Shown here: positions 11,399 through 24,434 of the stretch, one piece after another
How positions within the stretch are numbered: position 1 is the first letter of the stretch
Layout of the letters: every line of letters begins with the position of its first letter
Assembly (NCBI GenBank): GCA_030265395.1
Contig: JARFYF010000094.1
Coordinates: forward strand, 61,297,876 to 61,361,875
Origin: Rhina ancylostomus
Lineage: Eukaryota
Direction: 5' to 3'
DNA length: 64,000 bases
Notes under the pieces: generated by a model
Databases searched by the model: none
What the model saw: the letters and a program-made list of their open reading frames with translations, nothing else
Told to the model about the DNA's origin: nothing
Made by a program: the position numbers and the translations under genes

Positions 11399-14300
11399 GT
11401 ACGTATAGAGTTGGTTTGTAAACACTCTGGTTCACCTGATTTATTACACTGAATTAAAAACAAAAAGGCCCTGCTTATTGTTGTAAACTTCCAATGAATC
11501 ATTAAACTCTGTCAAAGAATTTTTGAAAATCATAATGTTAACTTAAGTAGTGAATGTAGTCTATCTGGGGAAAGGTCTTGGGAGGACAACATACAAAATA
11601 CTAATACTGTTTTTACTGTTAAATAACTTTTAGACAGCATTTTCAATTTGACAGTTAGCCTGCTCTGTCAACCAAGTGATATCAATTTACCATAAAAGTT
11701 TACAGAAGGAGATACTTCAGCCTACCTTGTTCTTGTCAACCATAAAAAGAATTCTTTATGCATCGAATTTCTAAACTTTTTTTTATGGCAAATTAAACGC
11801 TATTCCTGGTCCCATTTAAAATATGGTGAGGGTTTTTGCCTTTTATACTTGTTTCAGAATCAAACTCCCATAATTCTAGAGATGAAAAAAACCCTATTCT
11901 TCTACGTAATCCCATATAATAACTCAAAGTTATTCATCCGTTGTTATTGACTTCTTAATCAAGTGGAAAAGTACTTCCTGTTCATTAGTTCCAAGCATTT
12001 TGTAATTTTACACACCTTGATTAGACCCTTTGATAGTTTGTCAGCCATTAACCTTTACCTCCTGTCATTGAACTAATTTTATATCCAACCTATTGCATTC
12101 CTTGGGATACCACAGGCTTTTGGTTTTTGATCATTCTGCCATATAGGTACATCAAATGCAATACCATCATCATCCGTCTTTGACACCTCCTCAAAAAAGA
12201 TCAACTTGACCTTCCCTTAACAAAACTATATCAATAGTTCCTGATCAATCTGTGGCTTTCTGAGTAACAATTTATTCCATTCCTCAGAGTTTTTCTAATA
12301 ATTTGCTTTCCAGGGATGTTAGGCTAATGAGCCTGCATATACTCAGTCTGTCTCTTCCTTTTTGAACAAAAGTAGCACATTAAGTTTTTTTTTCAATCCT
12401 CCTGCACCTGTTCTCTCTCCATGTAATTAAGACAAGATTAATGCCTCCACTGTTTCTTCCCTTGCTTTTTTAATGGCCAGGGATATATTTTCTGGATTTG
12501 TTGGTTTATCTACTTAGAAAGATTCTGAGCCCTTTAATATATAATGTTCTAGTTCTAGTAATTGGGCAGAGGTTTGCTTTTCCAAGTGCCAATAGTCTAG
12601 CACCAATACAACTGAAAACTAATGATCAGGAGTTTCAAAACACTTAGCCAGTGCTAATACTTGGGCTGCAGATTATTTATTTGGGAGATATAGATGAGCT
12701 GGCATTCAGCCAGTGTTTACTTTGTACATCACTGATTATTTCTCAATTCCAGCCATCGCCATATCTTTCTAATTGAGACTTTATTTGGGCTAACTAGGCT
12801 CACCGATGTTTACAATATACCATTTGGCCTATCATACCTATGTTAGCTCTTAAATAAAGAGTTCTAAAATCAAATCTCCTGTATATTCAGTAGCACACAC
12901 TGTGTTTTAGACATATTATGAGCAAGTAAGTTTTATGTTCTCAGTCTGTTTGGATTTATGTCTGACTCTTGTAGATTAAATTCTCAGATCCTGTTGTCCT
13001 ATTGTGGGTTTCCTAATAAACTGAATCTAGTATTTTGCATCCCTCACTTAATTGGGATATCTCACAGTGCTTCACAATCACATATTCAGTCTGCCTGCCA
13101 TGTTATGCACAGACCATTTGTCACATGTGTTGCACAAAAAGCAGTAACGGGTATTTTGGTCTTGTTGGTTGAAGAAAACCAGATGTCTGAGATATTGGAA
13201 GAATCACCCAGCTGAAAGAGCATGCAGCACCACCTCAGTAAAATGATAACGATTACTCCACTGGGTCAGTCCTCATTCCCTGCAAACTGGAATATGACCT
13301 AATGCGCACAATTCAAGGCATTGGAACTGTCACATTTGAGGATTGTTACAGTACTACCACAGAGAGCATTTGGAAACACATTTTCTTTAAGAGGTGTGCT
13401 TTTAAGGTATGGCAAATTCAAGTACCTTTAAAATTCTCTTCACAGCCACATGGCAGAGATTTTTAAACGATAACAAGCCTGGCACTGGAGTTGTGTTCCA
13501 CAATGACTGCGGACAATGGCTAATTATCTGTTTTCAAAATTCCTACAAGCATCTACATCTGTTATTGGGATAGCCCAATTCATTTAGGCTCGGCATGAGG
13601 TAACTGCCAAGATTCCACTCTTGGGTGGTGGGGAGTATTGGAGTGTAGTTTATTTTGTTGACCATGATTTGTTGAACAGAGAAGCAGTTAAGGAACTTAT
13701 TCCCCCNNNNNNNNNNNNNNNNNNNNNNNNNNNNNNNNNNNNNNNNNNNNNNNNNNNNNNNNNNNNNNNNNNNNNNNNNNNNNNNNNNNNNNNNNNNNNN
13801 NNNNNNTTAAGGAAATTATTCCCCCTCTGCCCCCCCCCCCCACCACTGCAAACTTAGCAAAGTCTGGTGCTCGATATAATTAAGAAAATTAGAGGAACGT
13901 GCATTTACATGGTAATAGAGATGTGGAATGGATAGATTTCCTGATGTAATAGTGCTAACTAAACCTAGAAAGAAAATTATTAGTCAGTTTAATTGACAGA
14001 ACGTTAAAAATGAAGCAAGTCCATTAAAAGGGAAAACATAATTTTTTTTGTATTTGTGATTACAAAAGAGTTTTGGCTGATTAGATTAAAGTGAGAGTTG
14101 AATTTGACTTGCTCTTTTTAGTTGCTGTCTGATTTGGTACTACCATCATCTCACAGAATGTCAATACTTTGTCTATTGGCAGATTGGACAAGCACATGAA
14201 AGATGCTTTAGCCTGTTCACTTTGCAAGGGAGTAGCTTAAATGCATGGTTTATGCTGTTGCATGATTAGAAATTGGTAGTGTAGATGCATAAGAAAGAAA

Positions 14301-15106
14301 AGCACATGGGAACGATGTGAGATTTACTAGCACTTCTGAACCCAGGAAAATAATGAGATGTTCCAAGATTTGTAGCAGTGGTATTACCCAATAGTCAAAC
14401 TGACTTCTAACCAAATTGTTATAGTTTTGTTCATCTATTGGATTGGGCAAGTTTTATGCTGGCCAAGCCACACTGAGAAAATCATCAATCAGATCACTAT
14501 TCAATCTCACTATTCAATAGCGTAATTGTCAGCTTATTGGGCCAAAAGTTCTGTCGTATAAACTTTATGAGCAGGTTTGCTTAATGAAGCTGTTTATACC
14601 CCATGCCTTCTCTAACTTGGAGGTGCTTGGTTGATGGTATAGAGGAAGCTATAGTTGGTAACAAGAACTTGACCTAGGAGTTTGATGCTGGTAATGCAAT
14701 ATTTAAAATGAAATAGATCTACTGGTAAGTATGCCATTTAATGTGCAGCCTATCTGATTAGTAGTGTCTCTGAGAAGGTAAGGTATTGACTACACTAACA
14801 TTCAAAGTTGCAATACCCTTCAAACTGTGTTTCCAAATGGATTTTTAGGATTGATCTTATGAGTTATTCATTTTCTCCAGGGTGAGCTTTTAACTTGTTG
14901 CTGTAAGATCATTTCGACTGCATTCATAATATCATAGTTGTACACTATAATACACTTGCAACCAACAAGCATTTAGTATTGAGTAGGGTCTTTTTGGAAA
15001 GAGCATAGAGAGCTTGTTTGAAGCATGCTCCCTCCAGCTGTTGTTTCATTTCAGGCAACATTCTGGTGAAATTATCCATAACTCTAAACTTTATCCTTCT
15101 GCTTAG

Positions 15107-15219
15107 GGTTTTAACCAAGAGGACCTAGATGGTGAAAAGGCTGCACAGGAGGCAGAGAGGAAGAAAATGGTTGCTGAAGAGTCAGACTCAGACAGTGAAG
15201 TCAGAAGAAAGGGGCTAGA
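15107..15219 (+). CDS. IWS1: IWS1 exon (GFNQEDLDGEKAAQEAERKKMVAEESDSDSEVRRKGL)
   Basis: cttag/gtaagt boundaries; GFNQEDL motif; phase consistent. Confidence 0.93.
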
Positions 15220-15761
15220 GTAAGTAGAAGCATTGTCTGAAAATTCATTTCCTACAGCAACAGCTTCTTGTGCTGGGATGTGATTTTGTTGAAGTTTTTG
15301 GAAAGCACAATTATTGTTTTAGTGATCCAGAATTTACAGTAAATTCTAAAATCACTTTGGATGGTAGAAAATGCTGAATGGCATCCCAGCACTCCAGAAA
15401 GGAAAACTTTTGCTTCAGAAGTTCCGGGGTGGAAGAAGGTGAAGCACTTCAGAAAAATGGTGAATTAACAACTCAATCTGGAGTTAAAGAATCCCACTCT
15501 GTAACTTCACTACTGCGCGTTTGGGATGATCTTCCCCATCTGGCAGAGAATTATGGATCAGATGGCCCGATCCACTGCCATAAAGCTTCACAAATAATGG
15601 GAGCGTAAAGTTGCATGCCCCACGTGGTCAGGGGATGTACAGACCCATCCTTGTGTTAACTGGGATTTTAACAGAATTGAATTGGTTGGTGAAAGTGCTC
15701 TCCATCTACTATATCCTGTGTAAGGTAATATTTATGCTTGATGAATTTGTTTCTGTTGCAG

Positions 15762-15912
15762 TTCAGACTTTGTTTCTGATTTTGAAATGATGCTGCAGAA
15801 GAAAAAAGATCAAAACCGGAAGCGGCGACGAAATCGGGATGGTGGCACTTTCATCAGTGATGCAGATGATGTGGTTAGCGCTATGATCACCAAGATGAAT
15901 GAAGCAGCAGAG
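15762..15912 (+). CDS. IWS1: IWS1 exon ([15 protein letters not shown]...[26 protein letters not shown])
   Basis: tgcag/gtgagt boundaries; near-identical to the conserved IWS1 segment. Confidence 0.96.
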
Positions 15913-15974
15913 GTGAGTCACCTAGTTACTGATAGTAAGGCAAGATGGGGATTGGGGAGTTGATCAAAGAGCTC

Positions 15975-16560
15975 AGGAAAATGGAAGCAGGTGTAGGCCA
16001 CCTGCCCTGCCAGTCAATATAACAGTGGCTGATCTACACCAGGCCTCTTTGTCAGATGCCCATAGCTCTCAATCCCCTGATCTTTCAAATATTTATCTAC
16101 CTCCACATTAAGTGCTACTAATGAACTAGCCTCCACAGCCCTCTAGGGGAAAGCTTTCTAAAGATTCACTACCCTCTGCAGGAAGAAATTAACACGTACC
16201 TCAGTTTTGAATTACTGACCCTTATCTTGAAGCTATGTCCCTTCAAAGCTCTTCTACTAATGGTGAAAACTTTTCAACATCTACCTTGCCATGCCCCCTT
16301 AAGATCTTGTATTTCAATAAGGTCACCGTTCATCCTTCTAAACTCCAAAGAATTCATCCTATTTAGCTTCTCTTGATAGGGCAATCCTCTCATCCCAGGA
16401 ATTAGTCTGGTAAATGTCTTTTGGACTGCCTCCATTGTTATTCCTGAGGTAAATGGGACCAAAATTGTGTGTAGTACTCCAGGTGTAGCCTCGCCAACTC
16501 CCTAACAAACTTTCCTATGTCTAAACTCTAACCCTTTACAATAAATATGCAATTTGCCCT
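15975..16560 (-). mobile_element. CR1 LINE 3' fragment
   Basis: Translation EAVQKTFTRLIPGMRGLPYQEKL...LEFRRMNGDLIE. Confidence 0.8.
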
Positions 16561-17736
16561 TTAAGGAAGAACACTTTCTGTTAGAGAGCCTGATCACGTG
16601 TTGGCAGTGATTGGAAATGAAGTCCATTATGATTAGATACTGAATTAGGTCCAATACTAACCCAGTATTATGAAGGTATAGGTTTGAGGAGTGTAATGAA
16701 ATTGGGTCTAAGACTATTAGTCAAATAACTGTAAAGTTGGGGCATCTGGGAGCATTAAAATGTGAAATCTTGGTTGTAAGAGGAATCTATTCAGCTGATT
16801 GGACTGTCCACTCCATTAAAGAACAGTCCAATTTATTCCTCTCCTAAATTTTTTGTGGAATTTGCTTCCATCACTCTTGGATTGTGAAGAACAGGCAGCA
16901 CTATCTAGGACCAAAAAATAGCTCCTAATACGCCATCATTTGGGAGCAGGGATGTCAGCAGCATCTGTTTCCCTATTCTTCCTTTGGAGGTATAGAATGT
17001 TTTGCACTTTAAATTTTGCAATATGTTCAACTCGTGTCAGCCAAGTAGTTGATTGGCAGGCATAGTTTTGGACAGATGATTGCCTTATAAGTAACTAGGT
17101 TGAACAGGAGTGATCACCAACAAAGAAGAGTGAGTGGAATATATTGCAAAATCTAATGCTCAAAACATTCTATATCTCCAAAGGAAGAATAGGGGACATG
17201 AAGGTGCTAAATGAAAATTAAAAATAATTGCAAATGCTGGAAAGTTTAAAAAGAAATACAGAAGATTTTGGAAACATTCAACACTCAACAGGTCAGACAG
17301 CATCTGTGAAAAAGGAAACACAGTTAACAGTTCACTTCAAAGACCTTTCATTGGAGTGTTTCTGGCTTTTCTGTTTACATTACAAACTCATTTGCCAGTA
17401 GCAGTGCAGGGGCAGTGAAGTGCAGTGTAGTGATGGGATTACTAGATTATTGTTTTGCGATTGTTTTCATCATTTGAAGGAAGACGAGCAGAGCCTGAGA
17501 AGGGTATTAAGCAGGTTGAAAACCACGAAAATCAGAAGAGAAAGGTAGATGTATTACTTCAGCAAACTTAAGATAGTTTTGGCAGTTTCAATCCAGGTAT
17601 TGCCTCATTCGGAATTGTCTTATTTCTCATCACAGAAACAAAGTTGAAAGAAGAGTGGGACTAGCAGCTCCACACTTCAATTTTTATTTAGTCTTTTTCT
17701 TTTTTTCTTTGTTTTTGCACACTTGAAACTTCTACA

Positions 17737-18125
17737 CCCTGGAGTGGAGGAGGTTGACGGGTGATTGTTGGTATGTAAAATTATGAAGGGAATAGATGGG
17801 GTAGATAGTAAAAAGTCTTTTTTTTTCCCCATGGTGAGAGTGTCTAAGACAAGAGGACAATGGTTTATAGTGTGAGTTAGGAGGTATAGAGGGGATCTGA
17901 AGGAGAACTTTTTCATACAGAGGGTGGCTGGAGTCTGGAATGCATTGCCTGAAGAGGTGTTGGAGGCTGATAGGACATTTAAGGAGCATCTGGACAAGTA
18001 AATGAATTGCCAAGGCATGCAAGTCTACATACCCAATGCATGCAAATAGGATTAATGTAGCTAGGTATAATGGTCTGCATTGGAATGATGGGCTGAAGGG
18101 TCTGTTTCTTTCTCTGAAACTGAAT
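17737..18125 (+). mobile_element. CR1 LINE 3' fragment
   Basis: CR1 ORF2 C-terminus remnant and gggctgaagggtctgtttct tail. Confidence 0.75.
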
Positions 18126-18201
18126 GACGTTGTTGCTGTGGACCAGATCCAATCGTTGATACCTTTCCAGCCCCTGCTATATTCATTTTTTTTCTTGGCA
18201 G

Positions 18202-18284
18202 GAAGATAGGCAACTCAATGGCCAAAAGAAGCCAGCTTTGAAGAAACTCACCCTTCTCCCCACAGTTGTAATGCATTTGAAAAA
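18202..18284 (+). CDS. IWS1: IWS1 exon ([27 protein letters not shown])
   Basis: ggcag/gtaagt boundaries; conserved sequence. Confidence 0.96.
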
Positions 18285-18924
18285 GTAAGTAGTGATTCAC
18301 CCCTGTTCTTCTCTGAAATTTCAGTGAAACAAGTGCTGAGTTTCTTGTATTAGTTCCCATTAGTAATGCGTCCACTGGTAAGAGATCCAAGCTATAGATA
18401 GAACAGGTACATTCTGATATCTTGCATGTATGCATAATCTACAGCTGCTCAATGACCTTGCCTACCTAAATTGGTAGCTTAGTTGAGCGGTCAGAGTGAA
18501 ACTGAAGAATACAAGCTGATCTTGAGAAAAGTGTTACCATTTTCAGGAAAAGCAAAGAAAAGCATTTTGAGATGAGATGCTTCTCACCACTGACTTGTAT
18601 ACTACTACGTTCTTAATGTTAGGGCAATCCATGACATTGAAGATATTATTTTATAACAAATGCAGATTGGAATTTAATACTTTGAGTACATTTTTCATCA
18701 TATCTACTGCAGTTTACCTTAATTTGTTAGAGAAGTTTTCCAAAGTCACAGATCTCCTTTTAGGAACTATAAAAGATTATGTGCCCAACATGCTCGTATT
18801 TTATGAAAACTGTGATTAGCCAATCTAAATTGCATTTTGACATGAAAATGTTTCAAAAGTCTTTTAAGGAACACGTTTTAAACGTTGGTGATCTAGAACA
18901 CTTGATCATGTGATAATTGTAATA

Positions 18925-19230
18925 TAGATTCATACAGCAGGAAACAAGCTCTTCAGCCCCTCAGGTCCATGCTGATCATCGAGTACTAACTGGTCTAATG
19001 CCATTTTCCCTCTTGCACCCCCAGCAACTCCTCTTTTCTTCATCAATTCTTCTGCCACCCAGCTTTAACAGGGGAACTTTAGAGTAGCCAATTAACTTAG
19101 GAGCCAGCCTATATTTGGCATGTGGGAGAAGACACGGGCATCCGGGAAAACCCACTCAGTCATAGGAAGAATATGTAAACTATACACAGCCAGCTCCCAA
19201 GGTCAGGTTTGAGTCCAGGTCACTGGAGCA
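18925..19230 (-). mobile_element. V-SINE with CR1-type tail (degenerate)
   Basis: tgtgggagaagacac...ggaaaacccac...gtcaggtttgagtccagg core and B-box remnant. Confidence 0.6.
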
Positions 19231-19529
19231 GTTAGAATTTCAGGTTATGAATGTTTAATAATCCTTGGGATACAGAAGATAGCATTAAAAAGCAAAACTT
19301 GCATGCATCACTCTCGTGGGATGTGGAGAGAAAAGACAAGATTTCTGGAGCTAAGTTACCAGAATAAGAGGTTACTGAAACAGCAGCAGTTTAAAGGATT
19401 GTGAAAAGCTTTCAACCTAGAAGAATTCCACTAACTAGTTTCTAGTTGGAGTGAAATATTTGAGAATAATCATGACTAAATTGTCTTGTTTCTTTTTGCT
19501 ATCGCTGACTTTTCTATTGATTCTTGCAG

Positions 19530-19659
19530 ACAGGATTTGAAGGACACTTTTATTGATAGTGGGGTGATGTCTGCTATAAAGGAATGGCTCACCCCATTGC
19601 CAGACAAGAGTTTGCCACATCTCAAGATCCGTGAGGAGTTGCTAAAGATACTACAGGAG
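19530..19659 (+). CDS. IWS1: IWS1 exon ([43 protein letters not shown])
   Basis: tgcag/gtaagc boundaries; EWLxPLPDxSLP hallmark. Confidence 0.97.
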
Positions 19660-20563
19660 GTAAGCAAGAGTGCCTAACCCTATGGTTGAGCATAGGGTTG
19701 TAATGGCTTAAGATCTGTAATTCAACATTTTAACTTATTTTTGAACAGTTTTTTCTCCTCCACTCATAACCCTTCCTCCCGTTGAACAATTTCATCCCAT
19801 TGCTCTTCCAAAGTTATAGTTGATGGAGTTGTATCAAGATTGCTTTCATCACAGATCGCATTCTTTCAAATGAAAAACCTGCTCATTTATATTTTTGCTT
19901 TAATTACCCAAACTATAGAAAAAATTCTGTCCAGTGTGTGATAAGTCTCAGTTCTCCTTGTATGTAAGGAAATCCAATAACCCTTCTTCAGATGCATTTA
20001 TATTCAGTTATATCGATACTACACTGGCCTTACTGGGTTGACAGATGAATTGGCATTTGGGTGAGCTGCCACACAGAGCAAGAATTGGTACCTACAGGGC
20101 AAGAAGGAAAGGATGGCCTCAAAGTGCCTGTGCATATTTGCCCAAGCATTTTACAAAATCATCAGGTAGACCATGTCTTCACTACTTTCTTCAGAGATTG
20201 GTACCGTGAAATTATTGTGCCAATTGCATCTCTACATACATGTAAAAATGGAGAGGTGGATGCATGAAAATTTTCTCTCATCCATTCCTCTCTGAAAACA
20301 GAAATTTACAGGGTTGCAGTTTCATGTGTACCGCATGCCTCAGTACTTCATTCTCTTCTATTGTTAAGAAAGTAATCAAAACCTGTCGATCTTTCCTCAT
20401 AACTTCCTTGGCCTTGGCAACATCCTCATGGATCATCCTTTTATCTTTTCTGGTGCTGTGGTGACTAGTACTGAATACAGTATCCTGTGGTTTAATTCAG
20501 TGGAGTTATCTGCGTAACTTGCCTCAGCGTCATTGAAAGTAATTAGCTGTGTTTTGCTTACAG

Positions 20564-20681
20564 TTGCCCAGTGTGAGTCAGGAGACTCTGAAGCACAGTG
20601 GGATTGGACGTTGTGTTATGTACTTGTATAAACATCCGAAGGAAAATAGAAGCAACAAAGAACTTGCTGGAAAGCTTATCA
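20564..20681 (+). CDS. IWS1: IWS1 exon, TFIIS N-terminal-like domain ([39 protein letters not shown])
   Basis: tacag/gtatgt boundaries; LKxSGIG motif. Confidence 0.97.
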
Positions 20682-21331
20682 GTATGTTTACTTTAATTCT
20701 TACTTTCTTGGTTTGCTTTTATTTGTTTACAACCTTTGTTGGGATATAATACATGAGCTGGTAAACTTCCATTACAGTTCTTCAAAGAAGAGTCTGGATG
20801 GTTATTCATCCAAAGAACCCTTCTTATTCTGGTATCTCCATGTTGTTGTGCAGAGATCAGAGGAATCCATTTATGTGTAATCCAGATAGGCTTATTTGAA
20901 GGCATCGACTCTGCATGTATATAATGGAGTGATAGAATTGCATCTTGGGTTTAGTCAGGGTTGAATATTCAGTGGCATAACACAGATGTAGGATTCAAAA
21001 TCTTAGTACCCCCAATGCTTTTGCCAGTGTTGAAGCCCATACGTTATTTGCAAGGAGGATTATTTTCAACCCCCACTGAAAATGTGTAGTATTTTGCTGA
21101 GGTTTTGTTCCCACTGCTGCTCAGTTCCCATGCTCATTCTTCCCTGTACTCGGTTCAAGGATCTGACTGCTGAGTTTGGCAGCATCGGCAGGCTGAATTA
21201 ATACTGAGTCACAAAGTGTTCTTGCTCTGTGCCACTTTTTTCCAGCAGGCATCACTTTGAGTATCATTGAAAACTGAGCAAAGAGCTCTTAATTTTCTGG
21301 CTAATTGTACAATTGTTCACTTTTCTACCAG

Positions 21332-21443
21332 ATGAGTGGTCGAGACCCATTTTTGGCCTGACGTCAAATTATAAAGGGATGACACGGGAGGAACGAGAGC
21401 AGAGAGACCTTGACCAGATGCCAATGAGGCGGCGTCTGAGCAG
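21332..21443 (+). CDS. IWS1: IWS1 exon ([36 protein letters not shown])
   Basis: accag/gtacgt boundaries; EWSRPIF hallmark. Confidence 0.97.
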
Positions 21444-23384
21444 GTACGTGACCGTGAATTACAATTTAAATATCTACTACTAGAGGACATACCATACACC
21501 TGTCCTATAGTTACCTCATGAGGTGTTGACGAATGAATTTTTTTCTTTTTCTGAAGTCACTCCAGAAAATGTTTAATTCATCCAAAAGTGACTTTGGTGT
21601 CAAAATTCCATTGTTATACCGGAAAAATTGATTACAGTTGGTGAATTGACAGGGAGGAAGAGAGTAGGGTCAATGTGTGAACGGTATTTTACCTGCAGAT
21701 CCAACCTCTGAACTCTCCAAGATTTACCCTTGCACAGGTACATGTACGTAACAGGATTGGTGAATTCAGCAGATTTAAAGAGAATGGGCGTTGTCTGAAA
21801 TGGAAATGAAAATTGAAAGCTTGATGATCTAGACTAACTTGCATGTTTTCAGAAACAATTCATCTTGTTAAGTATTACTTGACCTCAAGTTGATTCATTT
21901 ACTAGATGATGTACCTTTAAAATAATGTCTGCACTACATATCAGTGGATGACTTTAATTCACTTCTATGCTCTGGTGTACCAATCACAGCAGGAGCATAA
22001 AGTTTATTAGAGCATAGTTTTCAAGGTGATGTTTTGTCCAGTGCACTTGGTGTAATGGTGTCCAATGAGGGTTGATGTTTCCAGGCTAGATTGATAAAAT
22101 ATCGACTTTAAGGATCTTGTACGGATTCACAGACTGAGCTGGGGGTAACTGCTACCATTGTTTAGACTGATGTAAGGTTACAGTATGGTTAATTGTAACA
22201 GATCTTATTTATTATATGTTAAGCTTCTCAAATATTCAGGATCTACATAAAAATAGGAAATGCTGACAAAATGGAGTAAAATTATCCTCAATGTCTCATC
22301 AAAAGATTTTTCGGTTTTGGCCTTCCCATTCTGCTATGCAACAACTTTATTCTGTGAAATACTATTGTCATGTTCATTACCCTTTCATCAGACTGTCAAG
22401 CTGACAAATTTCGTAAAAACAGCATTTTGTCTGACGCCATTATGGGTGAAGGGAAAAGTGTTCTGCTTAAGTTTCCCTCCTCCCAATAAAGGCACAGTGC
22501 CTTTTTTAATCTTCCACTGCCTCCTCTATGTCAGCAATCCTATTAGTATGAGGAAATTGAACATCTTTTAAAGAATGGAGAAGGATTTGCTCTCTGTATG
22601 TAACCCCATGTTTCCTGGTATAACACTTTTGAAAAGTTCTACTGCAGGAGGATGTAACACTTTGCCAGATTTCACGTTGGTAGGTAAAAATCACCACCAC
22701 AGCGGTTATATTTTCAGTTGAAATGCTGGTGTCCGGGTGGTTCGTTTGATGACTTTTTCATTTCTTTATACTTGCAAAATGTTTTATGTATTTATTGTTA
22801 ACTTGAATGTCCACTGTTGGGTCTAAAGCACCTTCACAACATTTTAAGGGAAGTTTGCTGCACAAGGTTCTGGTGTTGGGAATTTGTGATTGGTGATCAC
22901 TTGGTACTTTTCTATATCACTGGGAAGTGTGTGAGCATCTGTGTCAAGAGTAATCATGAGGGCTTGTGTTTTTAAAAACCAAATTTCTTCTAATTTTATT
23001 CTGGGAAAGATCACCAATATGGTTGTTAAAATAGGAAGACCAGCTTGCTTACAGCCAAACCCCATATGAAGTGAATAGATCAGCCCTTCTCTACTGGAAG
23101 GGTGTTAAGGAATCCATGATGGACACACATCACTCCCCACTCCATGTCATTTCACCAAACTCATCCTGTCTAGTTTTGAGTTTGTATTAATTCTTGCACT
23201 CTTTCCATCACCTGATTATCTATTTCGGGTTGGTCTTTCTCCACTCTGCCTTGCATTATTTTCATTGCTCTGTGTGAATATCCATGTTGTGGAGCTTCCT
23301 TGCCATTTGCAATCTGTTCTTTTTCTCCAATGTGACTGCCCACCCTGTCCCCTAAATGCTGCCTCATTCATTTCATTTATAAAG

Positions 23385-23456
23385 AGACTCTAGGTATGAA
23401 GACAGTGATGACGACGAAGCTGATGCCTTCTCCAATGATCAAGGACGCTACCCCAG
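23385..23456 (+). CDS. IWS1: Candidate in-frame 72-bp cassette exon of IWS1 (RDSRYEDSDDDEADAFSNDQGRYP)
   Basis: taaag acceptor, weak AG|gtttcc donor, phase 2-2 matching the host intron, open frame, CpG-containing codon-like island in an AT-rich intron. Confidence 0.5.
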
Positions 23457-24434
23457 GTTTCCAATTTAGTGATTTTATTATTCATTATTTTTGTCATTTT
23501 AAAATTTTATGCACTTATTGCTATTTTAAAAAGAGTATTCAAAGTTTCTTGAATAATTAATTAAAAGGTATTTGAACTGTTCTGAACAATTCCAGGTTCC
23601 CCTTTTACTGCCTGTGGTTGAATCCTTGGGAAAAGCTTTTGTCTATTGTTATGGTATAGCCTCATTATCTGTAACTGAACAAAAGCTTTTCACTGTATCT
23701 TGGTATATGTGATAATAATAAACCAATCAAATTCTTGCCCCAAAGTCAGTCTGACTACAGGGCACTTTGAAACTGACTGTACTATGAAATTGGCCTGGCT
23801 AGAGAACGCAGTATTTGATTGGTTCCATAATTTTGTTTTGATGTCCCTTAATTCAAGGCTCTATAATAAGATGCAACATTACTGGTTTGGGGAACCAGGT
23901 TTTATTTATAAAAAGAGCCATTCTTGCAAGTTGTACAATGATAAAACATATTTATTCTACTTTTCAATGTTATCCAGTGGTTTTAAATGGAAAATGAAAG
24001 CAGTTCAGTCTATTAAGTCAATTGAATATGGGAATGAAACAGGAAATGTGTCATCCACTCCTTTGAAGGACACTTAATAACTTTGTGACTTTGATTTAGC
24101 AGGAGATTGACTCCTGTCATGTTTAAATAATTTCCTCTTTTCTTGCTTCACATTAATAATACATTAACCATGTGGCCAGATGGGCAGACATTCAATCAAG
24201 GGTAATTGTACAAGTTTGTGAGCACTTTCGCTGTCTTTGAATTTTTTTTCATGGCTGCTTGATGCAGTAGGTAATACCAGCATTCATTCCTCTTGGAAAG
24301 CCTTGGGTGGCTTTTGTTTCACAACAATAAAAAAGCTATTTACTGCTAATTTGATCTAAAATTTAGAATAAATAAAGGGAAATTTGTGCTTTTGCCGATG
24401 ACATCAGATAAATCTGATCATGCCTTTCCCATCA

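Noticed and set aside
19676-19699. 9-bp perfect hairpin just downstream of an IWS1 donor
   Set aside because: Short enough to arise by chance in 64 kb
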